NCBI RefSeq assembly: GCF_009914755.1
Contig: NC_060926.1
Strand: one strand, 5' to 3'
From: the human T2T-CHM13v2.0 reference genome, Homo sapiens
DNA length: 64,000 nt
Under the pieces are notes generated by a model. It ran no database searches. It saw only the letters and a list, made by a program, of their open reading frames with translations, and had not been told where the DNA came from. Numbering within the stretch: the first letter of the stretch is position 1; each line of letters starts with the position of its first letter. The translations under genes were made by a program, and so were the position numbers. Below are positions 13,051 to 28,863 of this stretch, piece by piece.

Positions 13051-15549
13051 CACCTGTATGTCTTTAAATAAAATTCTTGTATCTGTATTTCTTGACTTTA
13101 ATTTTATTTAAAGACACTAGATAATATCTAGTGTCTTCCCACTATAGAAGAAACCGAGTTAACTCTCTCTTCTGCTCCTGACTGTCTAATGAGAAAGCCT
13201 AACTTTCTCATTTCTCTGACTTCCCAATGTAGCTATAAGGCAATTTTGGTTAGTTCAGTATTCATGTTTGTATTTGTATGACTGTGTAATCATAACAGAG
13301 ACATGTAGTAAACTGCATTTTTTCTTTTTCTGTGCAACTCTTTGTTTTCTTGTAGTGTTCTGTTTATTTAACTTTCTCTGTATTTATCAGTTATTCATCC
13401 TTGAATGTTTCACCAGCCATCTAAATTTCCTCTTAGGACATTCAGGTGTATTGGTATTCTACCAGTGTCATTTTTCTGACGGTCTCTCCTGAAACCTTCA
13501 GTCCTATTCCCACTAGACTGGTTGCCCTTCAAAGTTGTCATTCCTGGGATCTCCAGTTCTGTCATCCCTGTATTCCTGTTGCTTCTCTCCCATGTTAGAT
13601 CTCTTATTTCCTGTATCCCATGTCTGTCTTTCGCTTGATTTATCCTTTTGTTCTGGTGGAACACAACCTGAGAAAGGGTACATAAGAGATAAATTTTGTG
13701 AGAAATTGCATGTGTAAAATGTCTTTATTTCACCCATAAACTCAAGTAATAATTTGGCTACATATAGATTGTGATGATGTTGTTGAGATATCTGAAGCCA
13801 TTCTCATTCCTGATGCTTATTATGTGAAATATTTTATACTCTGAAAGTTTGTAAGGTAATTCGTTTGTCCCAGTGTTCTGAAACGATGATGTGCTTTGGC
13901 TTGTGTCCATTTTTATTCATTGTGTTAGGTACTAGGTGGGTCATTTCACTCAGACAACTCTTATCTTTCAGTTTTGAGGCATTTTCTTGAAATTTTAAAG
14001 TTTTCTTCCCTTAATTTTTTTCTTTTCTTCCTTCTTGGAGTTATTATTTTCTAGATGTTTGACTTCCTGGGAGATGCTATATCTGTCTCATTTTTTCTCT
14101 CCTACTTTCATCTTTTTTTTTCTTCATATTAAGTTCTTTTGTTGTAGAATACTGTAGTTCAGTGAGTTTTTACAAAGTCAACACTTCATGAAATAAAGCC
14201 CTAGATAAGAAAATACATTATCAGCACCCCAAAATTCCTTCTAGTCACTATCTCCCTTAAGGGTAACCCCTATCCTAACTTCTTTTAAACTTTATTTTGA
14301 GATCATTGTGGATTCACATGTAGTTGTTAGAAATAATAGAGCAATGTCCCATGTATCCTGTACCCCCTGACTTTTCCCCAGTGATAACATCTTGCAAAAC
14401 TATAGCATAATAGCACCATTGACATTGAGGCAGTCAAGATACAGAACATTTCTCTCTGTCGCCACCAAGGTCCCTCATGTTGCCCTTGTATAGCCACCTC
14501 TACTTCCCTCCTGTCCCCACTCTCTAGTGAATTCCTGGCAATCACCTGTCTATCTCTATTTCAATGATGTTGTCATTTCAAGAATGTTATATGAATAGAA
14601 TCATACAGTATGTAATGTTTTGAGATAGGATTTTTTCATTCTATAATTATCTGGAAATTTATCCAGTTTATTGCATGTATCAATCGTTTGCTCCTTTTTA
14701 TTGCTGCATAATATCCCATAGTAAAGCTGTAGTACAATTTGTTTAATTAGTCCTTCCATCCTTTGAAGGGCTTTTGGGTTGTCTCCACTTTTTGGCTATT
14801 ATGAAGAAAGCTGCTATAAACATTTATGCATGGGTTTCTGTGTGAAAATAAGTTTTCATTTATCTGGAATAAATTCCCAGAAGTGTAATTACTGGGTTTT
14901 ATGGTAATCATGTATTTAGTTTTATTAGAAACTGCTAAACTGCTTTCTAGAGTGGTGTACCATTTTAAATCCCCACCCACAGTATATGAGTAATTTGGTA
15001 GTTGTGCCTCCTTATCAGAATTCAGTGTTATCCCTATTTTTATTTTAACCATTCTTATAGACGTGTAGTGATATAGCATCATGGTTTTAATTTACATTTC
15101 CCTAATCATTAATGATGTTGAACATCTTTTCATTTGTATCTATGCATTTATATATCCTGTCTATCCTCTTCAGTGAAATGTCCCTTCACGTCTTTTGTCC
15201 ATTTTCTAATTGGATTGTTTGTTGAGTTTGGAGAATTCTTTACATATTCTAGAAACTAATCCTTCGCTGGATTTGTGGTTTCCAAGTATTTTCTCACAGT
15301 CTGTAGCTTGTGTTTTCATCCTCTTTGCAGAGTCTTTTAAAGAGCAAAAGTTTTAAATTTTAATGAAGTCTAACATTAGTTTTTCCTTTTATGGATCATG
15401 GTATCGGTGTCAAGTCTAAAAACTCTGCCTAGCACTAGAGGCTAAAGATTTTCTTCTTCTTTTTTTTTTTTTCTAAATGTTTTATAGTTTCAAATTGTAT
15501 AGTTAATGATCCATTTTGAGTTAATATTTGTATAAGGTATAAGACTTAG

Positions 15550-15857
<308 letters not shown>

Positions 15858-17704
15858 GAGTTTCATTATTTTTGCCCATGGATGTCTAATTACCTCAGCA
15901 CCATTTGTTGAAAGGTTACCTTTCCACCATTGAATTTTTTTTGCATCTTTGTTAAAAAACAGTTGGGCATATTTGGGTGGATTTGTTCTGGGTTCTGTAT
16001 TCTGTTACGTTGATCTATGTGTCTGTCCTTCTGCTAATACCACACGGTCTTAATGCACAGCTATATGATCTTTTTCAAAACTGCTTTAGCTATTCGTTTC
16101 TTTCCTTTTCTGTATAAATTTTAAAATCTTGTCTATATCTACAAAAATATGTTGCTGAGATTTTGATAGGAGTTGTGTTAAACCTGTATATCAATTTGAG
16201 GAGAATTGAAATTCATAAACATGGATCCATTTATTTAGCTCTTTGATTTCTTTCATCAGCATTTTATGGTTTTCAGCATAAGGCCTTGTACACATTTTTT
16301 AAATTTATACCCAAGTGTTTCTTTTTTAAGCAGCTGTAAATGGTATTATAATTTTGGTGTCCATGTGTTCATTGCTAGTATACAGAAATACAATTAATTA
16401 TTGTATGCTTATCTTGTATCCTGTGAACTTGCTGAACTCACTTATTAGTTCTAGAAGTTTATTTATAGGTTTCTTGGGATTTTCTACCTAGTCATGTTAA
16501 CTGCAAATAGGGACAGTTTCTTTGTTTTTGATCTGTATGTCTTTTGTTTTCTTTTATTTCCTATTGCACTGGTGAGAACTTCCAGCATTGTGTTGCATAA
16601 GAATGATGAGAACAGACAGTCTTGCCTTGTTCCCTATCTTAGAGAAAAAGCATTCAGTCTTTCACCATTAAGTGCAGTGTTACCCATGGGTTTCCGTAGG
16701 TGATCTTTATCAAATTGAGAACATTCCCCTCTGTTCTTAGTTTTCTGAGACTTTTACCTCAGAACCTATTTTCTGAGACTTTTTCAAATGTTTATTTTAT
16801 CAAGTGTTTTTCTGCATTGATTGGTAAGCTGAAGTAATTTTTCTTTTTTAGCTTATTAACATGGTAGATTGAATTGACTGACTTTGAAATATTGCATCAG
16901 CCTTGTATTTTTGGAATCAACCACACTTTGTCATGTTGTATAATTCTTTTTATATGTTGCTAAATTCTCTTTTCTAATATTTTCTTAAGGGTTCTTGTAT
17001 CTAGATTTACCAGGGATATTAGTAGTTTTCTGTTTTTTTGGACAGTCTTTTTTTCTGGATATAGCATTCTGCATTGACAATTCTTTTCTTTTAGCACTTA
17101 AAAAAAATTGTGCCACTTCCAGTGTCCATGGTTTCTCAGAAATCTGCTATCATTTCAATTGTTTTTCTCCCATTGGTAAGTTGTTTCTCTCTGCTTTCAA
17201 AATTTTTTTCCTTGCCTTTAGTTTTTAGAAGTTTGACTGATGTGTTTTGGTGTGGGCATTTTGTTTTAGTTTTATCCTGTTGGGATTGCTCAGCTTCTGG
17301 AATCTGTAGGTTTATGTCTTTTGCCAATTTGAGAAGTTTTTAGCCTTTACTTCTTTGACAACTTTTTCACTCCCTTTTTTTCTCCTCACCTTCCAGGACT
17401 ATGATGACATGAACATTAGATCTTTAGTTACAGTCCCATAGGTCCTTAAGGCTCTTTCACTTTATTTTCTCTCTGTTCAGATTGTGTAATTCCTATTGTT
17501 CTGTATCCCAATTCACTCATTAATCCCTCTGTCCCCTTTATTCTGCTTTATTAAGTGTATCCATTAAGATTTATTTTTGTGGTTGTATTTTCCAGTTATA
17601 AGTTTTCCATTTTTTCTTCCATTTCTTTGCTGAGACTTTCTGTTTTTTTTGTTTTGTTTCAAGCATGTTTATAATTGCCTATCTAAGCATTTTTAGGATG
17701 GCTT

Positions 17705-17897
17705 TTTAAAAATATTTTAAATTCAGGGGGTACAATGCATGTTTGTTACATGGGTATATTGTGTAGTTGTGGGGATTGGGCTTCTGCTGTACCCATCACC
17801 CAAATATTGAACATTGTACACAACAGGTAACTTTTCAGCCCTCATCCCCCTCCCATTCTCCCCACTTTTGGAGTCCCCAGTGTCTATTATTTCCAAA
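17705..17897 (-). mobile_element. L1PB-like 3' end fragment
   Basis: CAGGGGGTACA...GTTTGTTACATGGGTATATTG...GTACCCATCACCCAAAT...GGAGTCCCCAGTGTCTATT. Confidence 0.8.
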
Positions 17898-18715
17898 TGA
17901 TGGTTGTTTTCAAAATGGTTGTCATTCCTGTCATCTCAATGTTGGCATCCATTGATTGCCTTTCTCCATTCAGTTTGAGATCTTCCTGGTTCTTGGTGTG
18001 ACGAATGATTTTTTATTGAAAGCAAGATGTTTTGGGTATTATTTTATGAGACTGTGGATCTTATTTAGACCTTCTGCTTTAGCTGACTTTTTCTGAAACT
18101 GCTCTGGCAAGAGAAGGGAGGATGCTGCTTTATTACTGCCAGCTGGAGGTAGAAGTCCAAGTTCCTCACTCAGCCTCTTTGGATACCTGAAGGTGAAAGA
18201 CTTTTCATTACTGTGAAGTGGAGATGGGCATTTCAGCTCCCCAGTAGGCCTCCTCACATGGCCTTCAGTGACACCCATTGAGAGTGAGGGGTGGACCTCC
18301 TTACTGCTGGCCAGTGGTGAAAGTCCTGATTCTCTACTGTAACTCCTGACATCACCCCAGTGGGGAAAGGTAAGGGTGCCTTGTTACCAACAGGTGGGTT
18401 GGCAGTCCAGGCTTCCCATGTAATCTCCACTGATACTGTGGCCTCATTACTGCCTAGCAGGGATGAAAGTCCTTGCTCCTTTATCTTCTCTGATCCCACC
18501 TTAGTTGAGGGGTTGGGGGTTCCCCATTATAGCTTGGTGAGGGCAGAATTGTAGGCTCCCTGCTCAGCCTTTGATGGTGTGGGCAGGAGTGGGAATAGGG
18601 TTATGATCATTTTTTCTGTGGTATTTGGCTGCAGTCGAAGTTATTATCTAAAGTTCTGTGTCTTTCTAGACTGCCCCTTTCCTGGTTCATTAGATAGCAA
18701 GCAGGCACTTGTTAG

Positions 18716-19255
<540 letters not shown>

Positions 19256-19692
19256 ATGTCTACCACTTTTAATACCATAACTTAGTTTTGCCTGTTTATT
19301 ATTTTTCCATAAGTGGAATCATGTGTTCAGTGATCTTTTGTTTCCTGCTTCTCTTAGTCCATATTATGTTTGTGAGATTCATCCTTGTCACTGCATGTAG
19401 TTGTAGTTTGTTCATTTTTACTGTTGCACAGTATTTCTTTGGATGGAAATACTACAATTTATGTATCTGCTGTAGACAGGTTGCTCCCAGTTTTGAGCCA
19501 TTAAAATTATTCTGCAGTGAACATGTTTATAGATGTCTTTCGGTGAATATACATATCTTTTGGTTGTCATAGGGTCTTACACTCAGGATTAGTAGCTATT
19601 CCCAGTTTTTAAAGTAGTGTATCAATTTACAGTCCCACCAGCAATCTATGAGAGTTCTAGTTGCTCCACATCCTCATCAACATTTGATATTA

Positions 19693-19874
19693 CAGGTTGA
19701 GCATCCCTTATTTAAAATGCTTGGGACCAGGAGTATTTTGGATTTAGAATTTTTTCAAATTTTAGAATATTTGTTTTATACTTACCTGTTCAGCCTTCTA
19801 AATCCAAAAATCAAAAATGCTACAATGTGCATCTCCTTTGAGTATCATGTTGGCACTCAAACATTTAGAGATGC

Positions 19875-19875
<1 letters not shown>
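19693..19875 (+). mobile_element. MER46A/Tigger4a-like TcMar DNA transposon fragment
   Basis: TA|CAGGTTGAGCATCCCTTAT...AAATGCTTGGGACCAG...CCTTTGAGTATCATGTTGGCACTCAAA. Confidence 0.8.
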
Positions 19876-19905
<30 letters not shown>

Positions 19906-20188
19906 TTGAGACAGAGTTGCACTCTTTCACCCATGCTGGAGGGCAGTGGTGCTATCTCAGCTCACTGCAACCCTGCTTCCTGGGTTCAAGTGATTCTCCT
20001 GCCTCAGCCCCCCGAGTAGCTGGGATTACAGGCATCTGCCACCATGCCTGGCTAATTTTTTTAGTTTTAATAGAGATGGGGTTTTGCCACGTTGGCCAGG
20101 CTGGTCTTAAACTCCTGGCTTCAAGTGATCCACCTCCCTCGGCCTCTCAAAGTGCTGGGATTACAGGTGTGAGCCACCATGCCCGGCC
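19876..20188 (-). mobile_element. AluS SINE with (TTTA)n tail
   Basis: Antisense Alu ending GCCCGGCC. Confidence 0.93.
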
Positions 20189-20443
20189 TCAATCTTTTTT
20201 ATTTCAGCCATTTTTAGAGTATGTTACATTATTGTATTCTGGTTTTAATGCTTTCACTGGCGATTAATCAAGTTGATCATCTTTTTACATATTTATTGGC
20301 CGTTTGTATAGGCTCTTTTGTGAGGTGCCTATTCAAGCTTTTTGCTTATTTTTCCTATTGGGTTACCTGATATTTTCCTACTGATTTTTTTCTATTGATT
20401 TTAAAGAATAAATTTTTATATATCTGTATAATTCTTTTGTTAC

Positions 20444-20468
20444 GTGTGTGTGTGTGTGTGTGTGTGTA
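20444..20468. repeat. (TG)n microsatellite
   Basis: About 12 GT units. Confidence 0.9.
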
Positions 20469-20531
20469 TACATATATCACCAAAATATCTTCTCTCACTC
20501 TTTGACTTGCCATTTCAATCTTTAATGGTAG

Positions 20532-20832
<301 letters not shown>

Positions 20833-21064
20833 AGAAATTCTTAATTTTAATGTAGTTCAATTATTTTTTCTTCTTTAATGTTTAATATACTCTGTGTCTT
20901 ATTTAGTAAATATTTTCCTATCTATAAATCTTTAAGATATTTTTCTATGTTTTCTTCTAAAAGCTATGTTATTTAATCTTTGACTTTTAAACCTATAATC
21001 TACCTGGAATTCATTTTTGTCTATGATGTCAGATACATATATCTGTGTATTGTTGCTCTTGTTC

Positions 21065-21417
21065 TTTTTTTTTCTTTATTATACTTTAAGTTCTAGGGTA
21101 CATGTGTACAATGTGCAGATTTGATACATATGTATACATGTGCCATGTTGGTGTGCTGCACCCATTAACTCGTCATTTACATTAGGTATATCTCCTAATG
21201 CTATCCCTCCCCCAGCCCCCCACCCCCCAACAGGCCCCAGTGTGTGATGTTCCCTGCCCTATGTCCAAGTGTTCTCATTGTTCAATTTCCACCTATAAGT
21301 GAGAACATGTGGTGTTTGGTTTTCTGTCCTTGTGTCAGTTTGCTGAGAATGATGGTTTCCAGCTTCATCCATGTCCCTGCAAAGGACATGAACGCATCCT
21401 TTTTATGGCTGCATAGT
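21065..21417 (-). mobile_element. L1PA (PA5/6-like) 3' end fragment
   Basis: TTATTATACTTTAAGTTCTAGGGTACATGTG...TTTTTATGGCTGCATAGT. Confidence 0.93.
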
Positions 21418-21425
21418 CCTCATTC

Positions 21426-23052
21426 TTTTTTTTTTTTTTTTTAATTGATCATTCTTGGGTGTTTCTCGCAGAGGGGGATTTGGCAGGGTCATAGGACAGT
21501 AGTGGAGGGAAGGTCAGCAGATAAACAAGTGAACAAAGATCTCTGGTTTTCCTAGGCAGAGGACCCTGCGGCCTTCCACAGTGTTTGTGTCCCTGGGTAC
21601 TTGAGATTAGGGAGTGGTGATGACTCTTAAGGAGCATGCTGCCTTCAAGCATCTGTTTAACAAAGCACATCTTGCACCGCCCTTAATCCATTTAACCCTG
21701 AGTGGACACAGCACATGTTTCAGAGAGCACAGGGTTGGGGGTAAGGTCACAGATCAACAGGATCCCAAGGCAGAAGAATTTTTCTTAGTACAGAACAAAA
21801 TGAAAAGTCTCCCATGTCTGCTTCTTTCTACACAGACACAGCAACCATCTGATTTCTCAATCTTTTCCCCACCTTTCCCCCTTTTCTATTCCACAAAACC
21901 GCCATTGTCATCATGGCCCGTTCTCAATGAGCTGTTGAGACGGGATGGTGGCCAGGCAGAGGGGCTCCTCACTTCCCAGAAGGGGCGGCCGGGCGGGCAG
22001 AGGCGCCCCCCCCACCTCCCTCCCCGACGGGGCGGCCGGCCGGGCGGGGGCTGACCCCCCACCTCCCTCCCGGACGGGGCGGCCGGCCGGGCGGGGGCTG
22101 ACCCCCCCACCTCCCTCCCGGGCGGGGCAGCCGGCCGGGCGGGGGCTGACCCCCCACCTCCCTCCTGGACGGGGCGGCTGCCGGGCGGAGACGCTCCTCA
22201 CTTCCCAGATGGGGTGGCTGCCGGGCGGAGGGGCTCCTCACTTCTCAGACGGGGCGGCTGCTGGGTGAAGGGGCTCCTCACTTCTCAGATGGGGCAGCTG
22301 GGCAGAGACGCTCCTCACCTCCCAGACGGGGTCGCGGCCGGGCAGAGGCGCTCCTCACCTCCCAGACGGGGTCGCAGCCGGGCAGAGGCGCTCCTCACAT
22401 CCCAGACAGGGCGGCGGGGCAGAGGCGCTCCCCACATCTCAGACGATGGGCAGCCAGGCAGAGACGCTCCTCACTTCCCAGATGGGATGGTGGCCGGGAA
22501 GAGGCGCTCCTCACTTCCCAGACTGGGCAGCCAGGCAGAGGGGCTCCTCACCTCCCAGAGGATGGGCGGCCAGGCAGAGACGCTCCTCACTTCCCAGACG
22601 GGGTGGCGGCCGGGCAGAGGCTGCAATCTCGGCACTTTGGGAGGCCAAGGCAGGCAGCTGGGAGGTGGAGGTTGTAGCGAGCCGAGATCACCCCACTGCA
22701 CTCCAGCCTGGGCACCATTGATCACTGAGTGAACGAGACTCCGTCTGCAATCCCGGCACCTCTGGAGGCCGAGGCTGGCGGATCACTCGCGGTTAGGAGC
22801 TGGAGACCAGCCCGGCCAACACAGCGAAACCCCGTCTCCACCAAAAAAATACGAAAACCAGTCAGGTGTGGCGGCGCGCGCCTGCAATCGCAGGCACTTG
22901 GCAGGCTGAGGCAGGGGAATCAGGCAGGGAGGTTGCAGTGAGCCGAGATGGCAGCAGTACAGTCCAGCTTCGGCTCAGCATCAGGGAGACCGTGGAAAGA
23001 GAGGGAGAGGGAGACTGTGGGGAGAGGGAGGGAGAGGGAGAGGGAGAGGGAG
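21426..23052 (-). mobile_element. SVA retrotransposon (hexamer, Alu-like, VNTR, SINE-R, poly-A), near full length
   Basis: Poly-T 21426-21442; SINE-R (GATCATTCTTGGGTGTTTCTCGCAGAGG...) to ~21936; GC-rich VNTR ~21938-22620; Alu-like region ~22620-22990; (AGAGGG)n to 23052. Confidence 0.97.
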
Positions 23053-23714
23053 CATGAGCATCTTGTTCTTTATTTTCCTAAGAAATTGCCTTAAATTTTT
23101 CTTTCATATCATCTCAATTTTTCATTTATGCTATAATACTTATAAATTCCAGAGCTTTTTATTCAAGTATTCCTTTTATCTGTCCATCCTTTTTCTTTAA
23201 AAATATACATTATTCTGGTATTGTTTCATAGTTGCATAATCTTCTCTTATTTCTGAAGATAATCATATATTCAAAAGTATTTTCCTTTTTACTTGGCTTC
23301 TGATTTCTCTGGACTGATAGTGTTTCCTGTTTTGGTTCTGTTTTTCATGTAACAGACTTTCCTCAAATGTCTTATAATCCTTGGTAATTACTCATATTTA
23401 GTGGAAGGTCTTGATAACTCTGAGTTCCTGTGTAGGGTCATTGGGTTGTGTTGTTTAGTTGGAGAGGTTTCAATATAAGCATCTAGAAGTCATTCCTCTT
23501 AGGCTAACCAGATTTTCTAGAGAAGAGGCTTTAACTTTCCTGCCTAGAGGATGGAAGTCTTGCCAGCCTCTGGGAACCTCCTGAAGAAAGTGGGATGGGG
23601 AAAGGGGCCAAGGCTCAGAATCCAGGATGTGTATGTTCACTTGATGCCCTGCTTTCAGCATGGCACCGTTTACAACTCTGCTTGGTGCTCTATGGCCAGA
23701 AAACCTCTGTGTTT

Positions 23715-24018
23715 CTTGTTTGTTTTTGTTTTTTGAGACAGAGTCTTGCTCCGTCACCCAGGCTGGAGAATGCAGTGGCGTGATCTCGGCTCTCTGCAAC
23801 CTCCGGCTCCTGGGTTCAAGTGATTCTCTTGCCTCAGCCTCTAAAGTAGCTGAGATTACAGGCACCTGCCACCATGCCTGGCTAATTTTTGTATTTTTAG
23901 TAGAGACAGGGTTTTGCCAAGTTGGCCAGGCTGCTCTTGAACTCCTGACCTCAAATGATCCACCCACCTCAACCTCCTAAAGTGCTTGAATTACAGGCGT
24001 GAGCCACCGCACCTGGCC
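23715..24018 (-). mobile_element. AluSx-like SINE
   Basis: Antisense Alu; perfect 15-bp TSD AAAACCTCTGTGTTT at 23700 and 24019. Confidence 0.96.
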
Positions 24019-24131
24019 AAAACCTCTGTGTTTTACTTTCCAGAGGAAAATAACCTGCATTTGTTTGGGGTTTAGACTTTCAGTCAGCTCTATTTGAGCA
24101 CCTCCCCAACCCCTGCCACCCCCGCCCCCCA

Positions 24132-24162
24132 ACACACACACACACTCTCTCTCTCTCTCTTT
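24132..24162. repeat. (CA)n(CT)n microsatellite
   Basis: ACACACACACACA followed by CTCTCTCTCTCTCTCT. Confidence 0.85.
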
Positions 24163-25210
24163 CACTCACTTACTCACACATACACTCTTTCTCTTACTTG
24201 CATATAAATCTAATATAGCTAACTCATGAGCCTTTCAGGGATTCCGAGTAGTAAATTTTATTAGTTCTTGGCTTTCCCTATAATCAACCAAGGTTTTAGT
24301 TTTCTCAGATCTACCAAGTCTTTTACCAATTGTTTACTTTCTGCTTTCTGTAATTTTATTTTATTGCTATTATGTGCCCTTTAATCTTTCTAGCTTGAAT
24401 TATGACTTTTACAGTGTGTGTGTATGTTTGGGTGTGTGTGTGTTTATTGTCATTTTAGTGGGTTCAGGGAAGGATTCAAACTACATGTGTTTAATCTGCT
24501 CTCTTTACCCAGAAGTATCACATAATTTTATACATTTGAAACACAAGAAATGTTTCTTTGAATTTTGAGCTCAGGAATTAAATTAATTTAGAAAATAGAT
24601 TTGAGGGCAAATTATTTTTTCTTTTCAGATGATGAAATGGAATTGGAGCCGCTGAGCTGGATAGGTGAAGGCACTAATGATGAAGGAAAAATAGGTATAG
24701 AACATTAAAGAAAGTCATGTATAGCTAAGCAGCAAAAGATTGGATTTTGCTTAACCTTCACATTTTCTAGGAGGAAAAAAATGTTTTTCTTTCACTATTA
24801 AGAAAAACCTGATTTGGAAACTAAATAGAGGTGGTGGCCATATACATTGTGAATATAGTAAATTACCGCTGAATTGTTCACTTTCAAAATGGTTAATTTT
24901 GTGTTATGTGAATTTCACTTCAGTTAAATTTTTTTTAACCTAAAAAACCGACATGAACATTTTCAAAGCTTACAGCTACATTGACATCTGGCTTTTGGGG
25001 ATAACAGATAAATTGACTCCTTACACAGGTCTCCTTAAGTTGTGTTCCATTGTCTACCTAGGAGCTTTGTAGAGATTAAAAAATGCTTACAAGTATAATT
25101 TTAGAAGGTTTTTCAGAATGTTATTCATTTTGGGAAAACAAAGAGCAAGATCTATTCCAAGGGGTAGCAAGTGAAACTGATATTTTTCTCTAGTAAAGAA
25201 AGTGAAAGGA

Positions 25211-25510
25211 GGCAGGGTGCAGTGGTTCACGCCTGTAATCCCAGCACTTTGGGAGGCTGAGGCAAGAGGATCACTTGAGCCCAGGAGTTGGAGAACGGCC
25301 TGGGCAACATGGCAAAAACCCCATCTCTACAAAAATTAGTTGGGCATGGTGGCACACGTCTGTAGTCCTAGCTACTTAGGAGACTGAGGTGGAAGGATTC
25401 CTTGAGACTGGGAGGTTGAGGCTGCAGTGCCATAATTACACCACTGCACTCCAGCCTGGGTGACAGAGTAAGACCCTGTCTCTCAAAAAAAAAAAAAAGA
25501 AAAAAAAGAA
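25211..25510 (+). mobile_element. AluJ SINE
   Basis: Dimeric Alu; TSD AAGAA(A/G)GTGAAAGGA at 25196 and 25511. Confidence 0.95.
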
Positions 25511-25718
25511 AAGAAGGTGAAAGGAATTAACACATATTTAATGTATATACTTCCTACCATCAGAATCTGTTCATTGGAACAACATAATTCTTGATGCACA
25601 CAAGACCTTTTGACACTTTAATCATTCAATCTTTAATAGAAGAAAGGGAAATTCTGATGGGATGCTGGCACAGTTCCTATAAATTTATATAAATGTATAT
25701 TGCTAATATCGTATATGA

Positions 25719-26034
<316 letters not shown>

Positions 26035-26110
26035 AAAACACTGTTTTTCAAAAAAGTTTACTGGCATCTTATCTAAAATGTGTTATTTTTCAGTTTAGTG
26101 TGTCTTAGAG

Positions 26111-26442
26111 CAGGGTTCCCCAACCCCTGGACCATGGACCGCTACCACTCTGTGGCCTGTTAGGAATTGGGCTGCACAGCAAGAGCGGGCCAGCAAGCAT
26201 TATCACATGAGCTCTTCCTCCTGTCAGATCAGCAGAGGTATTAGATTTGCATAGGAGCATGAACGCTATTGTGAACTGTGCATGCGAGGGATGTAGGTTG
26301 TGTGCTCCTTATGAGAACCTAAGAATTACCCTGATGATCTGAAGTGGAGCAGTTCATCCCAAAACCAACCCCCCTCTCCATCTGAGGAAAAATTATCTTC
26401 CATGAAACCAGTCCCTGGTGCCAAAATGGTTGGGGACTACCA
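26111..26442 (+). mobile_element. MER1B-like hAT-Charlie DNA transposon, inserted in a MIR
   Basis: Termini CAGGGTTCCCCAACC / GGTTGGGGACTACCA; 8-bp TSD TCTTAGAG / TCGTAGAG. Confidence 0.9.
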
Positions 26443-26450
26443 TCGTAGAG

Positions 26451-26640
26451 AGCATGTGTCCTGAAGCCATAATATCAGGGTTCAAATCCTGGCACTGCCT
26501 CTTATTAGTTAAACCTGCCATGCCTCATTCTTCTCATCTGTAAAATGGACAAGATAATAGGGCTATTGTGATTAATATGAATGAATACATGTAAAGATCT
26601 TTTAATCTTATCTGATACAGAGTGCTAAATAAGTATTATC
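26451..26640 (+). mobile_element. MIR SINE remnant
   Basis: GGGTTCAAATCCTGGC...CTCATCTGTAAAATGG...ATACATGTAAAG. Confidence 0.75.
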
Positions 26641-27277
26641 TGCTCTTTTTTCTTGCCATTTTCTTAAACTGCTATCTATAAAGCACATCTGGAGAACTGT
26701 ACATAATATATGCAATGTGAAGACTCCTTCATTACCAGGGTATCTTTGTCATGGCTCCAGTGAGCACTATAGTTGCAACAATGCCATCGGCTTCCTCTTT
26801 CTCATTACATTTGTGGTTGTGGTTAAGTGCAACCTATTTTTCCTTAGAAACAGAATGGTTTTGCTACCTTTATTTTCTAAAGAATCCTAGACTTCATAAT
26901 GTAGTGGATTTGTTTGAACAGTAAAATCAAGAAACTATAAAGTGTTTATTTTCAACTCTCTGTGTTTGGTTTAGACGTAATCCCTATTATTTGTACATTT
27001 TCCCTGGGAATCAATGAAAAGACTGGGAATGAATCTGAGCTGTAAACCTGCCATTGGAAGATGTAATTAGTCAGTCAGTGGCCATAAAGAGTATTCGATT
27101 TTTTTAAAAGCTATTTTTCCTTACCGGTATTGTGTGGCTGCAAGTGATAAATGATGAGAATTCTCTCTTGCAATTATTATTTTAGTTTGTAACTGCTTAA
27201 TTTCCTGCAAGATGAAGTTCTGTGTTTACATGTTATGATTTTCATTACTAAGCCATCTTTTAAATTTTACTTTACAG

Positions 27278-28863
<1,586 letters not shown>

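Noticed and set aside
21938-22620. Repeat units of ~35-50 nt that superficially resemble a CRISPR array
   Set aside because: Degenerate tandem VNTR of an SVA with no unique spacers and no cas genes; the DNA is eukaryotic.
21449-23057. Cluster of overlapping Pro/Gly/Arg-rich ORFs on both strands
   Set aside because: They come from the stop-poor GC-rich SVA VNTR and SINE-R.
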